Assembly (NCBI GenBank): GCA_963815075.1
Contig: CAWFFK010000004.1
Span: forward strand, 12,589 to 76,588
DNA from: an uncultured Bacteroidales bacterium
Lineage (GTDB): Bacteria > Bacteroidota > Bacteroidia > Bacteroidales > VadinHA17
Length of the DNA stretch: 64,000 nt
Direction of reading: 5' to 3'
Shown here piece after piece: positions 1 through 9,255 of this stretch (positions within the stretch are counted from its first letter, which is position 1; every line of letters starts with the position of its first letter). The position numbers and the translations under genes are program-made. Under the pieces are notes generated by a model, which was not told the origin of the DNA, ran no database searches, and was given only the letters and a program-made list of their open reading frames with translations.

Positions 1-1003
1 TATTTTCAATCAAACTTGCTGCGAATCCAACTAAACCCGCTATTCCAGCTTCTCCACATCGTTCAATGAAATTATTTCTGATGATGTGGTGACCAATTTG
101 TTCAATATCTAAAGAATGTCTGCCGTAAATATTTCCACTACAAATTCCTACACATTTGGCATCTGTGATATGGCAATTTTGTATAATCCAACATTTGCCA
201 AAATGAGTTCCGATAAGTCCCTTCTGAAATGAATTTGGTGGAGCCCAATAACATGCTGCATGTTGCATAGTGAAACCGCTGACAGTTATATATTGTAACC
301 CTTGTACCTCGGGGAAAAAGATGCATTCACGAACGTTAATCTCTGAAAGTCCTTCGTTTGGATTACTATTGTCGAAATGAGCCCATATTCGGGTAATGCC
401 ATTTGTGGTTTCGGTGTACCAGGTTTTGGCCTTGCTTACCATCTCATCCTTATTCAGAGTTTCAAAGTAGGGCTCTCCCTCACTATAGACATCTCCAAGA
501 TGATATTCCTTACCAAATTCCAACCAAATGGAATTATCCGTCATCTTGTACTTGGATTTTAAATCGCCATAAATCGTCATTTTATAAGGGTTAAACTCAC
601 CAAAAAATGAATCAGGTAATTCCACCAACCAAATTTCATTTCCCTGATTCTGCCAATTTGTAATTCGCTCTGACCCTTTAATAACTGGAATTTCGCCCGG
701 GTATGCCTTGTATGTAATTCTACAATTTTCGGAAGTACCACCGAGCAAGGGATTAACCCATTCCCGATAAACTCCACTCCTAACGAGACAGGTGTCTCCA
801 GCTTTCATCTCAATTGCAGCTTTTTGAATCGTGAGAAATGGTTTTGTTATGGTTCCAGGGTTCTGGTCGGAACCAGTAGTTGCAACGTAATATGTTTTAC
901 CTGAAAAAGCTTGTTGAGCCGACATCCTCTGAGCAGAAATCAAGAAAATAATGATTATTGAAAATGTAATTTTCCAAGTTGAGTTTCCGAATAAAATCTT
1001 CAT
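1..1003 (-). CDS. GH120-like beta-helix glycoside hydrolase (beta-xylosidase family), 3' end runs off the window
   Basis: Not in the ORF track. Manual translation from ATG 1003 stays open to the window edge: signal peptide, then KTYYVATTGSDQNPGT..KPFLTIQKAA..GVYREWVNP..RITYKA..IKGSERI..LPDSFFGEFNPY..HLGDVY..EINVR..WAPP..DAKC..IGHHIIRNN, motifs I recognise from GH120 XylC-type enzymes. Confidence 0.85.
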   Translation of the reverse strand, partial: MKILFGNSTWKITFSIIIIFLISAQRMSAQQAFSGKTYYVATTGSDQNPGTITKPFLTIQKAAIEMKAGDTCLVRSGVYREWVNPLLGGTSENCRITYKAYPGEIPVIKGSERITNWQNQGNEIWLVELPDSFFGEFNPYKMTIYGDLKSKYKMTDNSIWLEFGKEYHLGDVYSEGEPYFETLNKDEMVSKAKTWYTETTNGITRIWAHFDNSNPNEGLSEINVRECIFFPEVQGLQYITVSGFTMQHAACYWAPPNSFQKGLIGTHFGKCWIIQNCHITDAKCVGICSGNIYGRHSLDIEQIGHHIIRNNFIERCGEAGIAGLVGFAASLIEN

Positions 1004-1183
1004 AACGTCATATATTAATTTGCATAATAATTAGGGCATCTCTAAAAACACATTTTTTAATGCCTGATATTTCATATGAATAAGTAATTGCATTGTTGTA
1101 TAATTAAGACTTTCATGTTGTTTTTAAATTACCCGAAAGAAGAAAAACAGTATTCAGATGGCGTTGAGTTCACTTTGCCACGA

Positions 1184-2638
1184 TTACCATACATACGTAC
1201 CCACTGCCCCTTTTTCCAAAGCAGTCGAAACAGATTTTCCTCCGGCACGAATATTAAATTTTTGAAGTACTTTTGCATCATTGAGGACAATCAAAACAAA
1301 CTGCCCTGAAGGAGTTTTAAACGATACATTAGGTAAATTGGCTGGTTCATTCGAGTCAATTCTTACTGAACCAGGACGTACAAACTTTGCAGCATGAGCA
1401 AGAATGTAATAGGCTGGATTCCGGGTTATACTATTTCCATCGATTGTTATAGTCCCGAGGCACTTATCGCACCCTCCACGGTCGGTGTGAGGACTGTAAT
1501 TCGGATTAGCTGCCATGTTCCATTCCAGTACATTGCGACACCAGTTGCGTGTACCTCCGATAATGAGTGTACCCACATGCCAAACAAGGTCCTCTGCCAA
1601 ATTACCTGGCGCGCCCACCCACTGCTCAGTAAAGTAGAGGTTTTTGTCTGGGAAGGCCTTATGAACATCCGACAATACATCTATAGTCCCAGCATACAGG
1701 TGAAATGCTGAGCCGTCAACATATTTTGCTGCTTCCGGATCATTTAAAATGGAAAGCGGATAATCGGGCCTGTCAGCATTATGATCGTACACAATAATTT
1801 TAGTTTCGATGCCGGCAGTAACAAAAGCAGGACCAAGATTTTTCTTAATAAATACTGCCTGATCCCCAGCCGTCATGTACATACTGGGGTTATTACCCGC
1901 ATGCAGAGGTTCGTTTTGAACGGTTATGGCATCGATCCGGATACCTTCAGACTTCATAGCCAGAATATATTTCACAAAATATTTCGCATAGGCATCAAAG
2001 TATTCCGGTTTAAGGCTTCCCCCACGAGTATCGTTGTTGGTTTTCATCCAGACCGGAGCACTCCATGGGGAACCCAGAATTTTGATATTTGGATTAATAG
2101 CCAGAATTTCATTTAACACAGGAATAAGGTGAAGCTTATCGTATCCCAGATCGAATTTGGTCATTTCCACATCTGTTTCACCCGCCGGGAGGTCGTTGTA
2201 GGAAAAAACCTTTTCATCCATATCTGACGATCCAATACTTATCCTGAGATAGCTAATCCCAATATCATTAACCTCTGTCGAAAAAAGTTCTTTTAATAAA
2301 GCAGCCCTGTTTGCAGCATCCATTCTATGAATAAGCATGGCACTGCCGCCGGTGAGGCAATTCCCAAACCCATCGATCGTCTGATAGGTTTTAGCAGTAT
2401 CAACTTCTATGGTCGGGGTTTGATTGCTTGTTGAACTAAACAGCAAACTCACATCCTGTTTCTGAAACAGTATTTTTGATTCGGGACTGGTAAGCCAAAA
2501 AGCCACATCGGTTTTTAAGTTTTGCTGCAAAGTATCAGCCATCAACGGCATATTTTCCGATAATGCTCCGTGTTTACATCCTAAAAATAGGATAAGCACG
2601 AATAGTATTGTTACTTGGAATTTTGAGGCTTGTTTCAT
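1184..2638 (-). CDS. GH30 glycoside hydrolase lipoprotein, probably subfamily GH30_3 (endo-beta-1,6-glucanase-like)
   Basis: Lipobox FLGC; motifs YLRISIGSSD, SPWSAP, VQNEP (acid/base), FHLYAG, YFTEQW (nucleophile). Subfamily is a by-eye call. Confidence 0.8.
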   Translation of the reverse strand: MKQASKFQVTILFVLILFLGCKHGALSENMPLMADTLQQNLKTDVAFWLTSPESKILFQKQDVSLLFSSTSNQTPTIEVDTAKTYQTIDGFGNCLTGGSAMLIHRMDAANRAALLKELFSTEVNDIGISYLRISIGSSDMDEKVFSYNDLPAGETDVEMTKFDLGYDKLHLIPVLNEILAINPNIKILGSPWSAPVWMKTNNDTRGGSLKPEYFDAYAKYFVKYILAMKSEGIRIDAITVQNEPLHAGNNPSMYMTAGDQAVFIKKNLGPAFVTAGIETKIIVYDHNADRPDYPLSILNDPEAAKYVDGSAFHLYAGTIDVLSDVHKAFPDKNLYFTEQWVGAPGNLAEDLVWHVGTLIIGGTRNWCRNVLEWNMAANPNYSPHTDRGGCDKCLGTITIDGNSITRNPAYYILAHAAKFVRPGSVRIDSNEPANLPNVSFKTPSGQFVLIVLNDAKVLQKFNIRAGGKSVSTALEKGAVGTYVW

Positions 2639-2797
2639 AATTTATTATTATTATGTTATTAAACAATTAGAACTGCCATACAGTCTTGCGCTTGAATAAC
2701 CTTAAATTCAAGCACTTTTTGTGCTGAGAAATAGCGATCAGCACGCATTCCGAATACAGGTGATGTAATACAACCTACTACCATTGAACTGAGTCTT

Positions 2798-4333
2798 TTA
2801 TCCATACCACTCGCGTTGTCTGTTCTTGAGATTATTGAGTGTCTCAACGCAGATATTCACATCATTTACAATCTGAAAGTCGAACATACCTACACAGATA
2901 AAGTCGGCACCATTTTCAAAAGCCCAGTTAAATCCATCTTTTGGTTCAATAGCACCGGCTGCCAATACTTTGTAACCCATTACCGGGACTTTTGCCCTGT
3001 TCACAAATTCAACAGTGCGTTCAGGGAAAAGACAGAACATATTATTATGAAACCTGTTATGGTCAAGGTATTCAACCCCATCAACCTCAAAAGGGAAGCG
3101 ATATTCACGAGGATGGGCAGACCAGTATTGATCGTGGTGCATAGTTTTCATATAATAATCAGGAATAATGTCATTATCTTCGCAAGCTATCAACGAATCG
3201 ATAGAATGAGAAGCTAAGCCTGCTGTGATGTGTTGACTCCTGATTTTATCCATCATCTTTTGGATAATATCTATTTTATTATCCCGTACAAGCCAGTCGC
3301 ACCAGTTTCCCTGAATCTGAATGATGTCAACTCCAAAATCAATAGCCTTATTAATGAATTCATAATAATCATTCTTTTCCATGTTTGGGCCTACCTGAGA
3401 AATCACTTGAATCTTGCTACCGGTCATCTTTTTGTACTTGGCAATAAGAGCATTAGTCGGGAAACCAATGTTTATAGTGTTGACGCCTGATTTTTCTGCA
3501 AGTATCAGTGTTTCATATATTTTCTTTTCAGTATTATAAGCTTTGAACAGCGATGGCACATAAAGCAGATCGCGGGAATGAGCCCAGCCACCTATGAGGT
3601 TACCTCCTAAAACAATCCGGCTTATCTCATGATTGCCGATCTTCCCCTTTGGCAAAGTACCCTTCAATTCACTCAGCGCTGACTGGTTCAACTGGATTGT
3701 TGCACCTGACATCACATCAATATTATATTTTTTATTGCTTTGTGATGCCCACCATCCCATAAAACCCAACAAAGGTAATGTTGCAATATTCTTGATGACT
3801 TCACGACGTGAGTGAGAAAAAGGGAAATCTTCTTCCTTTTCAGATTTGGTTTCCTTTTTTGATTTCTTAATCAATTCAATCAAAAGATCAATTCCAAATC
3901 CTTTCTCTTTGTAGAAAATAAGGAATATAAGAACAACAGCCTCTATAAAGATCTTGTCCACAATAAAGAGATGGCCATCGCCGGTGTAAAATAAAGAGGT
4001 CCCAAAAGGGGGATAGGCAAAATAGTAAAGTGCCAGTAAAATAGAACCAGCTAATGCGGCAAAACGTGAAAAAAAACCAACGAACAATGCAGTTCCTATT
4101 AATATCAAACCAAAAATATTAAGTATATCAACTACCCTTAAAATTTCAGGTGAGGATGCCATCCAGTGAAAAATGCCAGAAAGTGGTCCCGTAGAATTGG
4201 CTAAATATGAATATGAACTCCAGTTTGGGATAACAAGTTTTGAGATCCCTTCATACAGGAAGTGCCACCCAATGGCCACCCTTAGAACAGTAAAAAAGAT
4301 CTTCTTCCAATTAATTTGATATATATTTTTCAT
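2798..4333 (-). CDS. DoxX/DoxD-like membrane domain fused to an aldo/keto-reductase-like barrel, with an internal twin-arginine motif
   Basis: N-terminal LRVAIGWHFLYEGISK DoxX signature and four hydrophobic helices; SRREVIK plus a hydrophobic stretch at about aa 175-197; then LPKGKIG..ISRIVLGGN and a C-terminal PVMGYKVLAAG..F.WAF..GADFICVGM, resembling the AKR fold. Confidence 0.7.
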   Translation of the reverse strand: MKNIYQINWKKIFFTVLRVAIGWHFLYEGISKLVIPNWSSYSYLANSTGPLSGIFHWMASSPEILRVVDILNIFGLILIGTALFVGFFSRFAALAGSILLALYYFAYPPFGTSLFYTGDGHLFIVDKIFIEAVVLIFLIFYKEKGFGIDLLIELIKKSKKETKSEKEEDFPFSHSRREVIKNIATLPLLGFMGWWASQSNKKYNIDVMSGATIQLNQSALSELKGTLPKGKIGNHEISRIVLGGNLIGGWAHSRDLLYVPSLFKAYNTEKKIYETLILAEKSGVNTINIGFPTNALIAKYKKMTGSKIQVISQVGPNMEKNDYYEFINKAIDFGVDIIQIQGNWCDWLVRDNKIDIIQKMMDKIRSQHITAGLASHSIDSLIACEDNDIIPDYYMKTMHHDQYWSAHPREYRFPFEVDGVEYLDHNRFHNNMFCLFPERTVEFVNRAKVPVMGYKVLAAGAIEPKDGFNWAFENGADFICVGMFDFQIVNDVNICVETLNNLKNRQREWYG

Positions 4334-4435
4334 TTAATGCAGCTTAAAAACAGATTAAAATATTATTATTTAATGTAATATTATTGTATAAGTGTTTAAT
4401 TATTCCGGTAAGGGAACCTTAAATGCACCAATAAA

Positions 4436-6046
4436 TCATTTTTCATGTACTCCAATATCATATTTCTTGCCTTGTGGAAGTTTATTTCCGAAGAAATCAA
4501 GTCCTCCAGGATTGATATCAAATACTTCTGAAAGATTTATTCCTGCATCAATGCATGGAGAGCCAGATTGTAGCATGTATTCATACAATTGCCGAATCTT
4601 GGTAGGATCAGTAAGTTTTTCGCCACTCGCTATATAAGTTAAAAGCGGATCTTTATTCATTCCAACTGGTTTGTTGTTTAATGTTTCCTGTCCCTTGCTC
4701 CTCCAAGCTTCTAAACTTGTTGCCCCGTCCCAGTTACCTGCATTATTATAGTTCCAGTAGCAGTTGCCCTGAAAGACAGCATTTGGCTCCATTCCCTCAA
4801 CGAATGCCCCTGTCCCTCGTACTAAGAATATATTATTACGGAAAAAAAAGGAACCTTTCGTTTCAGGGGATTTAATACAAGGACGTCCTGAAGAATTATA
4901 AAAAACATTATTATATACCTGCATATTTCGCTGTGCGATTGAATGCCAAATCCATATCCCACCACCATTTTGCTGACCATCATTCTCGCTGATACAATAA
5001 CGTACCGTATTGTTCTCAAGCATATGAGTTTCAGTGGTATCCCACGCGCACAGCAGAAAACCGGGACCAGAATTATTGTAGCTATAGCAATATTGGAAGG
5101 TGGAGTTCTTGGTTCCACTGTCGAAATCGAATCCGCCTCCATCAGCGTATATATGGCCATCGCTTAATCGTCGACTTTTATTGTCATGACTGATACAATA
5201 TTGAACAGTCACATCCTTGCATGAGTTCATCCATATACCGACCGGACCATTACCTCCAGTATGATAATAATCACCTCCATTATCAGCCGATTCGCAGTAC
5301 TCAACAATAGCTCCCTCTGTGTTCGCTATATGAATCCCGCTGCCACTAATGTCATCTCTATATTTGGCAGGATCGGAGATGCCTTGATTATGAATAGTCC
5401 GGCAATATCCTATGTAAATATTTTTATTTCGTACCCTTTCTCGGGAACGGTAATCCACTTCAATCCCAGTAATTCCATTGTCGTGCGCATAAACGTTAGT
5501 AGCCCTCACATTAATGCTTCCTCCAGAAATCATCAATCCAGCCCTCTGGAATCCTTCCACTTCCACATTATCTATAACTACATCTTTGCATGAATCCACA
5601 AGAACGCCGATACCTTGCTCATTAGTGTTTCTACCGGACCCGGTTACCATTATATTCTGAACCATAATGCCAGTACAACCGGTTATTTGAATACCATGTC
5701 CATTGCCTCCATTTATTCTCGCACAATCTTTTGCTCGCGCAGTTACACCATCATAAGCAAAAAAGGAGCCCAAAATTAAAGGGTTGGTTGCCGAACCTCC
5801 ATCGTTTGAATCCAGAATAAGATTACCTGGGAAAGTAATGCCTTGCTCGAATAAAATCCTATCTCCCGCTGCAAACATTGTACTGTTTACTTTTGAAATA
5901 GTAGCCCATGCCGTTGTCCTGGTTTTACCATCATTGTTATCATTGCCCTTTGGCGATATATAATAATCTGTTGCGATTAAAGAGGCAGGAAAGGCTACCA
6001 GCATCAAAATTATCGTTGCTGATTTGAAAAAAAATCTGGTTTTCAT
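4436..6046 (-). CDS. Secreted right-handed parallel beta-helix protein, copy A (putative glycoside hydrolase, GH136-like motif)
   Basis: Signal peptide; YYISPKGNDNNDG..AWATISKVN..GDRILF N-terminal cap; beta-helix repeats; DGGGFDFD..QYCYSYNN..GFLLC; C-terminal SPCIDAG..DIGVHE. Confidence 0.75.
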   Translation of the reverse strand: MKTRFFFKSATIILMLVAFPASLIATDYYISPKGNDNNDGKTRTTAWATISKVNSTMFAAGDRILFEQGITFPGNLILDSNDGGSATNPLILGSFFAYDGVTARAKDCARINGGNGHGIQITGCTGIMVQNIMVTGSGRNTNEQGIGVLVDSCKDVVIDNVEVEGFQRAGLMISGGSINVRATNVYAHDNGITGIEVDYRSRERVRNKNIYIGYCRTIHNQGISDPAKYRDDISGSGIHIANTEGAIVEYCESADNGGDYYHTGGNGPVGIWMNSCKDVTVQYCISHDNKSRRLSDGHIYADGGGFDFDSGTKNSTFQYCYSYNNSGPGFLLCAWDTTETHMLENNTVRYCISENDGQQNGGGIWIWHSIAQRNMQVYNNVFYNSSGRPCIKSPETKGSFFFRNNIFLVRGTGAFVEGMEPNAVFQGNCYWNYNNAGNWDGATSLEAWRSKGQETLNNKPVGMNKDPLLTYIASGEKLTDPTKIRQLYEYMLQSGSPCIDAGINLSEVFDINPGGLDFFGNKLPQGKKYDIGVHEK

Positions 6047-6072
6047 TTTTTAAAATACTTAGGTGTATAATC

Positions 6073-7560
6073 TTAATTACTTGAATTTGATACTATAAGA
6101 GTCAGAATTGAATGGCCCGGGCTTTTTGCCTGTGTCGCTTTCCCTGTTAACCATGTTTTAAATTCGATGTCTTTCTCTGTTTGATTCAGTACTACAACAA
6201 TAATCTTCCCATCAGGATTAATAAAAGCCGTAGACAACAACCGGTCATCGTTTGAAGAGCTGATAATACGCTTTGCCCCGGGGAAGATGAATTTTGAGAA
6301 ATGTCCAATGTAATAGAATGAATTCATATAAAAGACTTCTCCTTTTCGTGTATCCCCAATCATGGGAGCCATACAAAAATTACTTACATGGTTTGGTCCC
6401 CCTTTCTCATCTACTATAAGATTCAGGTCTACCCAGCCTACAGCCCAATTGTTAAGATCCATAATCATTGAAAGAGCATATTGCTCACCCCAGTGCCACT
6501 CATTTATTCTGTTTTTGTCGAATGAAGCAACCGTACCTTCCGTAAATAATAACTTTTTATCAGGATAACTGTCGTGAACCAGCCTTACGTTATCAAAATG
6601 GTTGCCCACATACCAGTGGAATGCCATACCCCACACATATTTTGCTGCTTCAGGATCATCATAAACCGCTTTTGCCCTTTGGTACATTATACCCCGGTTA
6701 TGGTCCCAAATCATCAGGTTTACTTTTGACAAATTATTCTTATGAAGAGTGGGACCAAGATGATTTTTGATAAAATCACATTCCTCCTTACCTGTAAAGA
6801 TACATGATTCAAATCTTTGTACTGACATAGGCTCATTCTGAACGGTAATCCCCCAGATATTTATCCCCTCTGACTTATATTCTTCGATAAACCTGACAAA
6901 ATATTTTGCGTATGCTCCTAGATATTCCGGTTTTACTTTACCTCCCTCAAGCATATTGTTGTTAGTTTTCATCCAGGCGGGAGGACTATAAGGAGAACCA
7001 AAGATTTTTAACTCTCTTTTGGTTTTCCCCATAGCTGCTTTAATCAGTGGTATCCTGAATTGCCTGTCATGTTCAATCGAAAAGTGGGTTAAGGCAGTGT
7101 CTCCCGGAACCTCATCATAAGCGTAACTTCCACTTGACCAATCGGCGCTGTTTATTGTAGTACGGCAGAGCGAATAACCAATACCTTCTTCAACAGAAAA
7201 ATATGCATTCAGAATTTCATCCTGCTTTGGTTTAGGAAGTTTGTAAAATGTTTCTGCCGAAGCATCGGTAAACGTTCCCCCGAATCCTTCGATGGTTTGA
7301 AACTGTTTATCCGGGTCGACAATTATGGTTGGAAAAATCTCGTCAGGTTGTGGCAGATTTTCAAATGTCAAAGTGTCTTTGAGCTGAAGCCTGTCATTTG
7401 TGTTTTTTGCTGTAACATAGAGAATAGCCATCTGTGGGGGAGCTTTTCCAACAGCTATGTCAGAATTTTCCTTAACTGATAATCCTTTTTCGCCCCGATT
7501 GTAATGACATGATAGTAAAAGGACTGACAGACAAACGAATAAAGAATAAATTTGTTTCAT
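6073..7560 (-). CDS. GH30 (GH30_1/glucosylceramidase-like) lipoprotein, copy A
   Basis: Start moved to ATG 7560 (MKQIYSL), giving 495 aa like its paralogue at 9256-10743; lipobox LLSC; catalytic QNEP and FTE retained. Confidence 0.85.
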   Translation of the reverse strand: MKQIYSLFVCLSVLLLSCHYNRGEKGLSVKENSDIAVGKAPPQMAILYVTAKNTNDRLQLKDTLTFENLPQPDEIFPTIIVDPDKQFQTIEGFGGTFTDASAETFYKLPKPKQDEILNAYFSVEEGIGYSLCRTTINSADWSSGSYAYDEVPGDTALTHFSIEHDRQFRIPLIKAAMGKTKRELKIFGSPYSPPAWMKTNNNMLEGGKVKPEYLGAYAKYFVRFIEEYKSEGINIWGITVQNEPMSVQRFESCIFTGKEECDFIKNHLGPTLHKNNLSKVNLMIWDHNRGIMYQRAKAVYDDPEAAKYVWGMAFHWYVGNHFDNVRLVHDSYPDKKLLFTEGTVASFDKNRINEWHWGEQYALSMIMDLNNWAVGWVDLNLIVDEKGGPNHVSNFCMAPMIGDTRKGEVFYMNSFYYIGHFSKFIFPGAKRIISSSNDDRLLSTAFINPDGKIIVVVLNQTEKDIEFKTWLTGKATQAKSPGHSILTLIVSNSSN

Positions 7561-7615
7561 AATGAGCAGTTTTTTGTATTTTTTTAAATATGTATAATTT
7601 ACTATTCCTAATAAA

Positions 7616-9229
7616 TCATTTTTCATGTACTCCAATATCATACTTCTTGCCTTGTGGAAGTTTATTTCCGAAGAAATCAAGTCCTCCAGGATTGATATCA
7701 AATACTTCTGAAAGATTTATTCCTGCATCAATGCATGGAGAGCCAGATTGTAGCATGTATTCATACAATTGCCGAATTTTGGTTGGATCAGTAAGTTTTT
7801 CGCTACTCCTTACATAAGTTAAAAGCGGATCTTTATTCATTCCAACTGGTTTGTTGTTTAATGTTTCCTGTCCCTTGCTCCTCCAAGCTTCTAAACTTGT
7901 TGCCCCGTCCCAGTTACCTGCATTATTATAGTTCCAGTAGCAGTTGCCCTGAAAGACAGCATTTGGCTCCATTCCCTCAACGAATGCCCCTGTCCCTCGT
8001 ACTAAGAATATATTATTACGGAAAAAAAAGGAACCTTTCGTTTCAGGGGATTTAATACAAGGACGTCCAGAAGAATTATAAAAAACATTATTATATACCT
8101 GCATATTTTGCTGTGCGACTGAATGCCAAATCCATATCCCCCCACCATTTTGCTGACCGTCATTCTCGCTTATACAATAACGTACTGTATTGTTCTCAAG
8201 CATATTACTTTTAGTAGTATCCCATGCACACAGCAGAAAACCGGGACCAGAATTATTATAGCTATAGCAATATTGGAAGGTGGAGTTTTTAGTCCCGCCG
8301 TCGAAATCGAATCCGCCTCCATCAGCGTATATATGTCCATCGCTTAATCGTCGACTTTTATTGTCATGACTGATACAATATTGAACGGTCACATCCTTGC
8401 ATGAGTGCATCCATATACCGACCGGACCATTACCTGCAGTATGATAATAATCACCTCCATTATCAGCCGATTCGCAGTACTCAACAATAGCTCCCTCTGT
8501 GTTCGCTATATGAATCCCGCTGCCACTAATCTGACCACGTCTATATTTGGAAGGATCGGAAATGCCTTGATTATGAATAGTCCGGCAGTATCCAATGTAA
8601 ATATTTTTGTTTAATCCCTTTTCTCGGGTTTGGGAACCCACTATAATCCCAGTAATTCCATTGTCGTGCGCATAAACGTTAGTAGCCCTCACATTAATGC
8701 TTCCTCCAGAAATCTTCAATCCAGCCCTCTGGAATCCTTCTACTTCCACATTATCTATAACTACATCTTTACATGAATCCACAAGAACGCCGATACCTTG
8801 CTCATTAGTGTTTCTACCAGACCCGGTTACCATTATATTCTGAACCATAATGCCATTACAACCGGTTATTTGAATACCATGTCCATTGCCTCCATTTATT
8901 TTCGCACAATCTTTTGCTCGCGCAGTTACACCATCATAAGCAAAAAAGGAGCCCAAAATTAAAGGGTTAGTTACCGAACCACCATCGTTTGAATCCAGGA
9001 TGAGATTACCTAAGAATGTTATGCCCTGCTCGAATAAAATCCTGTCACCAGCCGCAAACATTATACTGTTTACTTTTGATATAGTAGCCCATGCTGTTGT
9101 CCTGGTTTTACCATCATTGTTATCATTGCCCTTTGGCGATATATAATAATCTGTTGCAAATATCGGGCTTGATATAACGACCAGCATTAATATTATCGCT
9201 GCTATTATGTTAATAAATCTGTTTTTCAT
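7616..9229 (-). CDS. Secreted right-handed parallel beta-helix protein, copy B
   Basis: Near-identical to 4436-6046 outside the signal peptide. Confidence 0.75.
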   Translation of the reverse strand: MKNRFINIIAAIILMLVVISSPIFATDYYISPKGNDNNDGKTRTTAWATISKVNSIMFAAGDRILFEQGITFLGNLILDSNDGGSVTNPLILGSFFAYDGVTARAKDCAKINGGNGHGIQITGCNGIMVQNIMVTGSGRNTNEQGIGVLVDSCKDVVIDNVEVEGFQRAGLKISGGSINVRATNVYAHDNGITGIIVGSQTREKGLNKNIYIGYCRTIHNQGISDPSKYRRGQISGSGIHIANTEGAIVEYCESADNGGDYYHTAGNGPVGIWMHSCKDVTVQYCISHDNKSRRLSDGHIYADGGGFDFDGGTKNSTFQYCYSYNNSGPGFLLCAWDTTKSNMLENNTVRYCISENDGQQNGGGIWIWHSVAQQNMQVYNNVFYNSSGRPCIKSPETKGSFFFRNNIFLVRGTGAFVEGMEPNAVFQGNCYWNYNNAGNWDGATSLEAWRSKGQETLNNKPVGMNKDPLLTYVRSSEKLTDPTKIRQLYEYMLQSGSPCIDAGINLSEVFDINPGGLDFFGNKLPQGKKYDIGVHEK

Positions 9230-9255
9230 TTTTTAAAATATTTAGTTGTATAATC

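Noticed and set aside
7561..7701. N-terminal extension of ORF 6073..7701
   Set aside because: Overlaps the upstream gene; the paralogue and the lipoprotein signal place the start at 7560.
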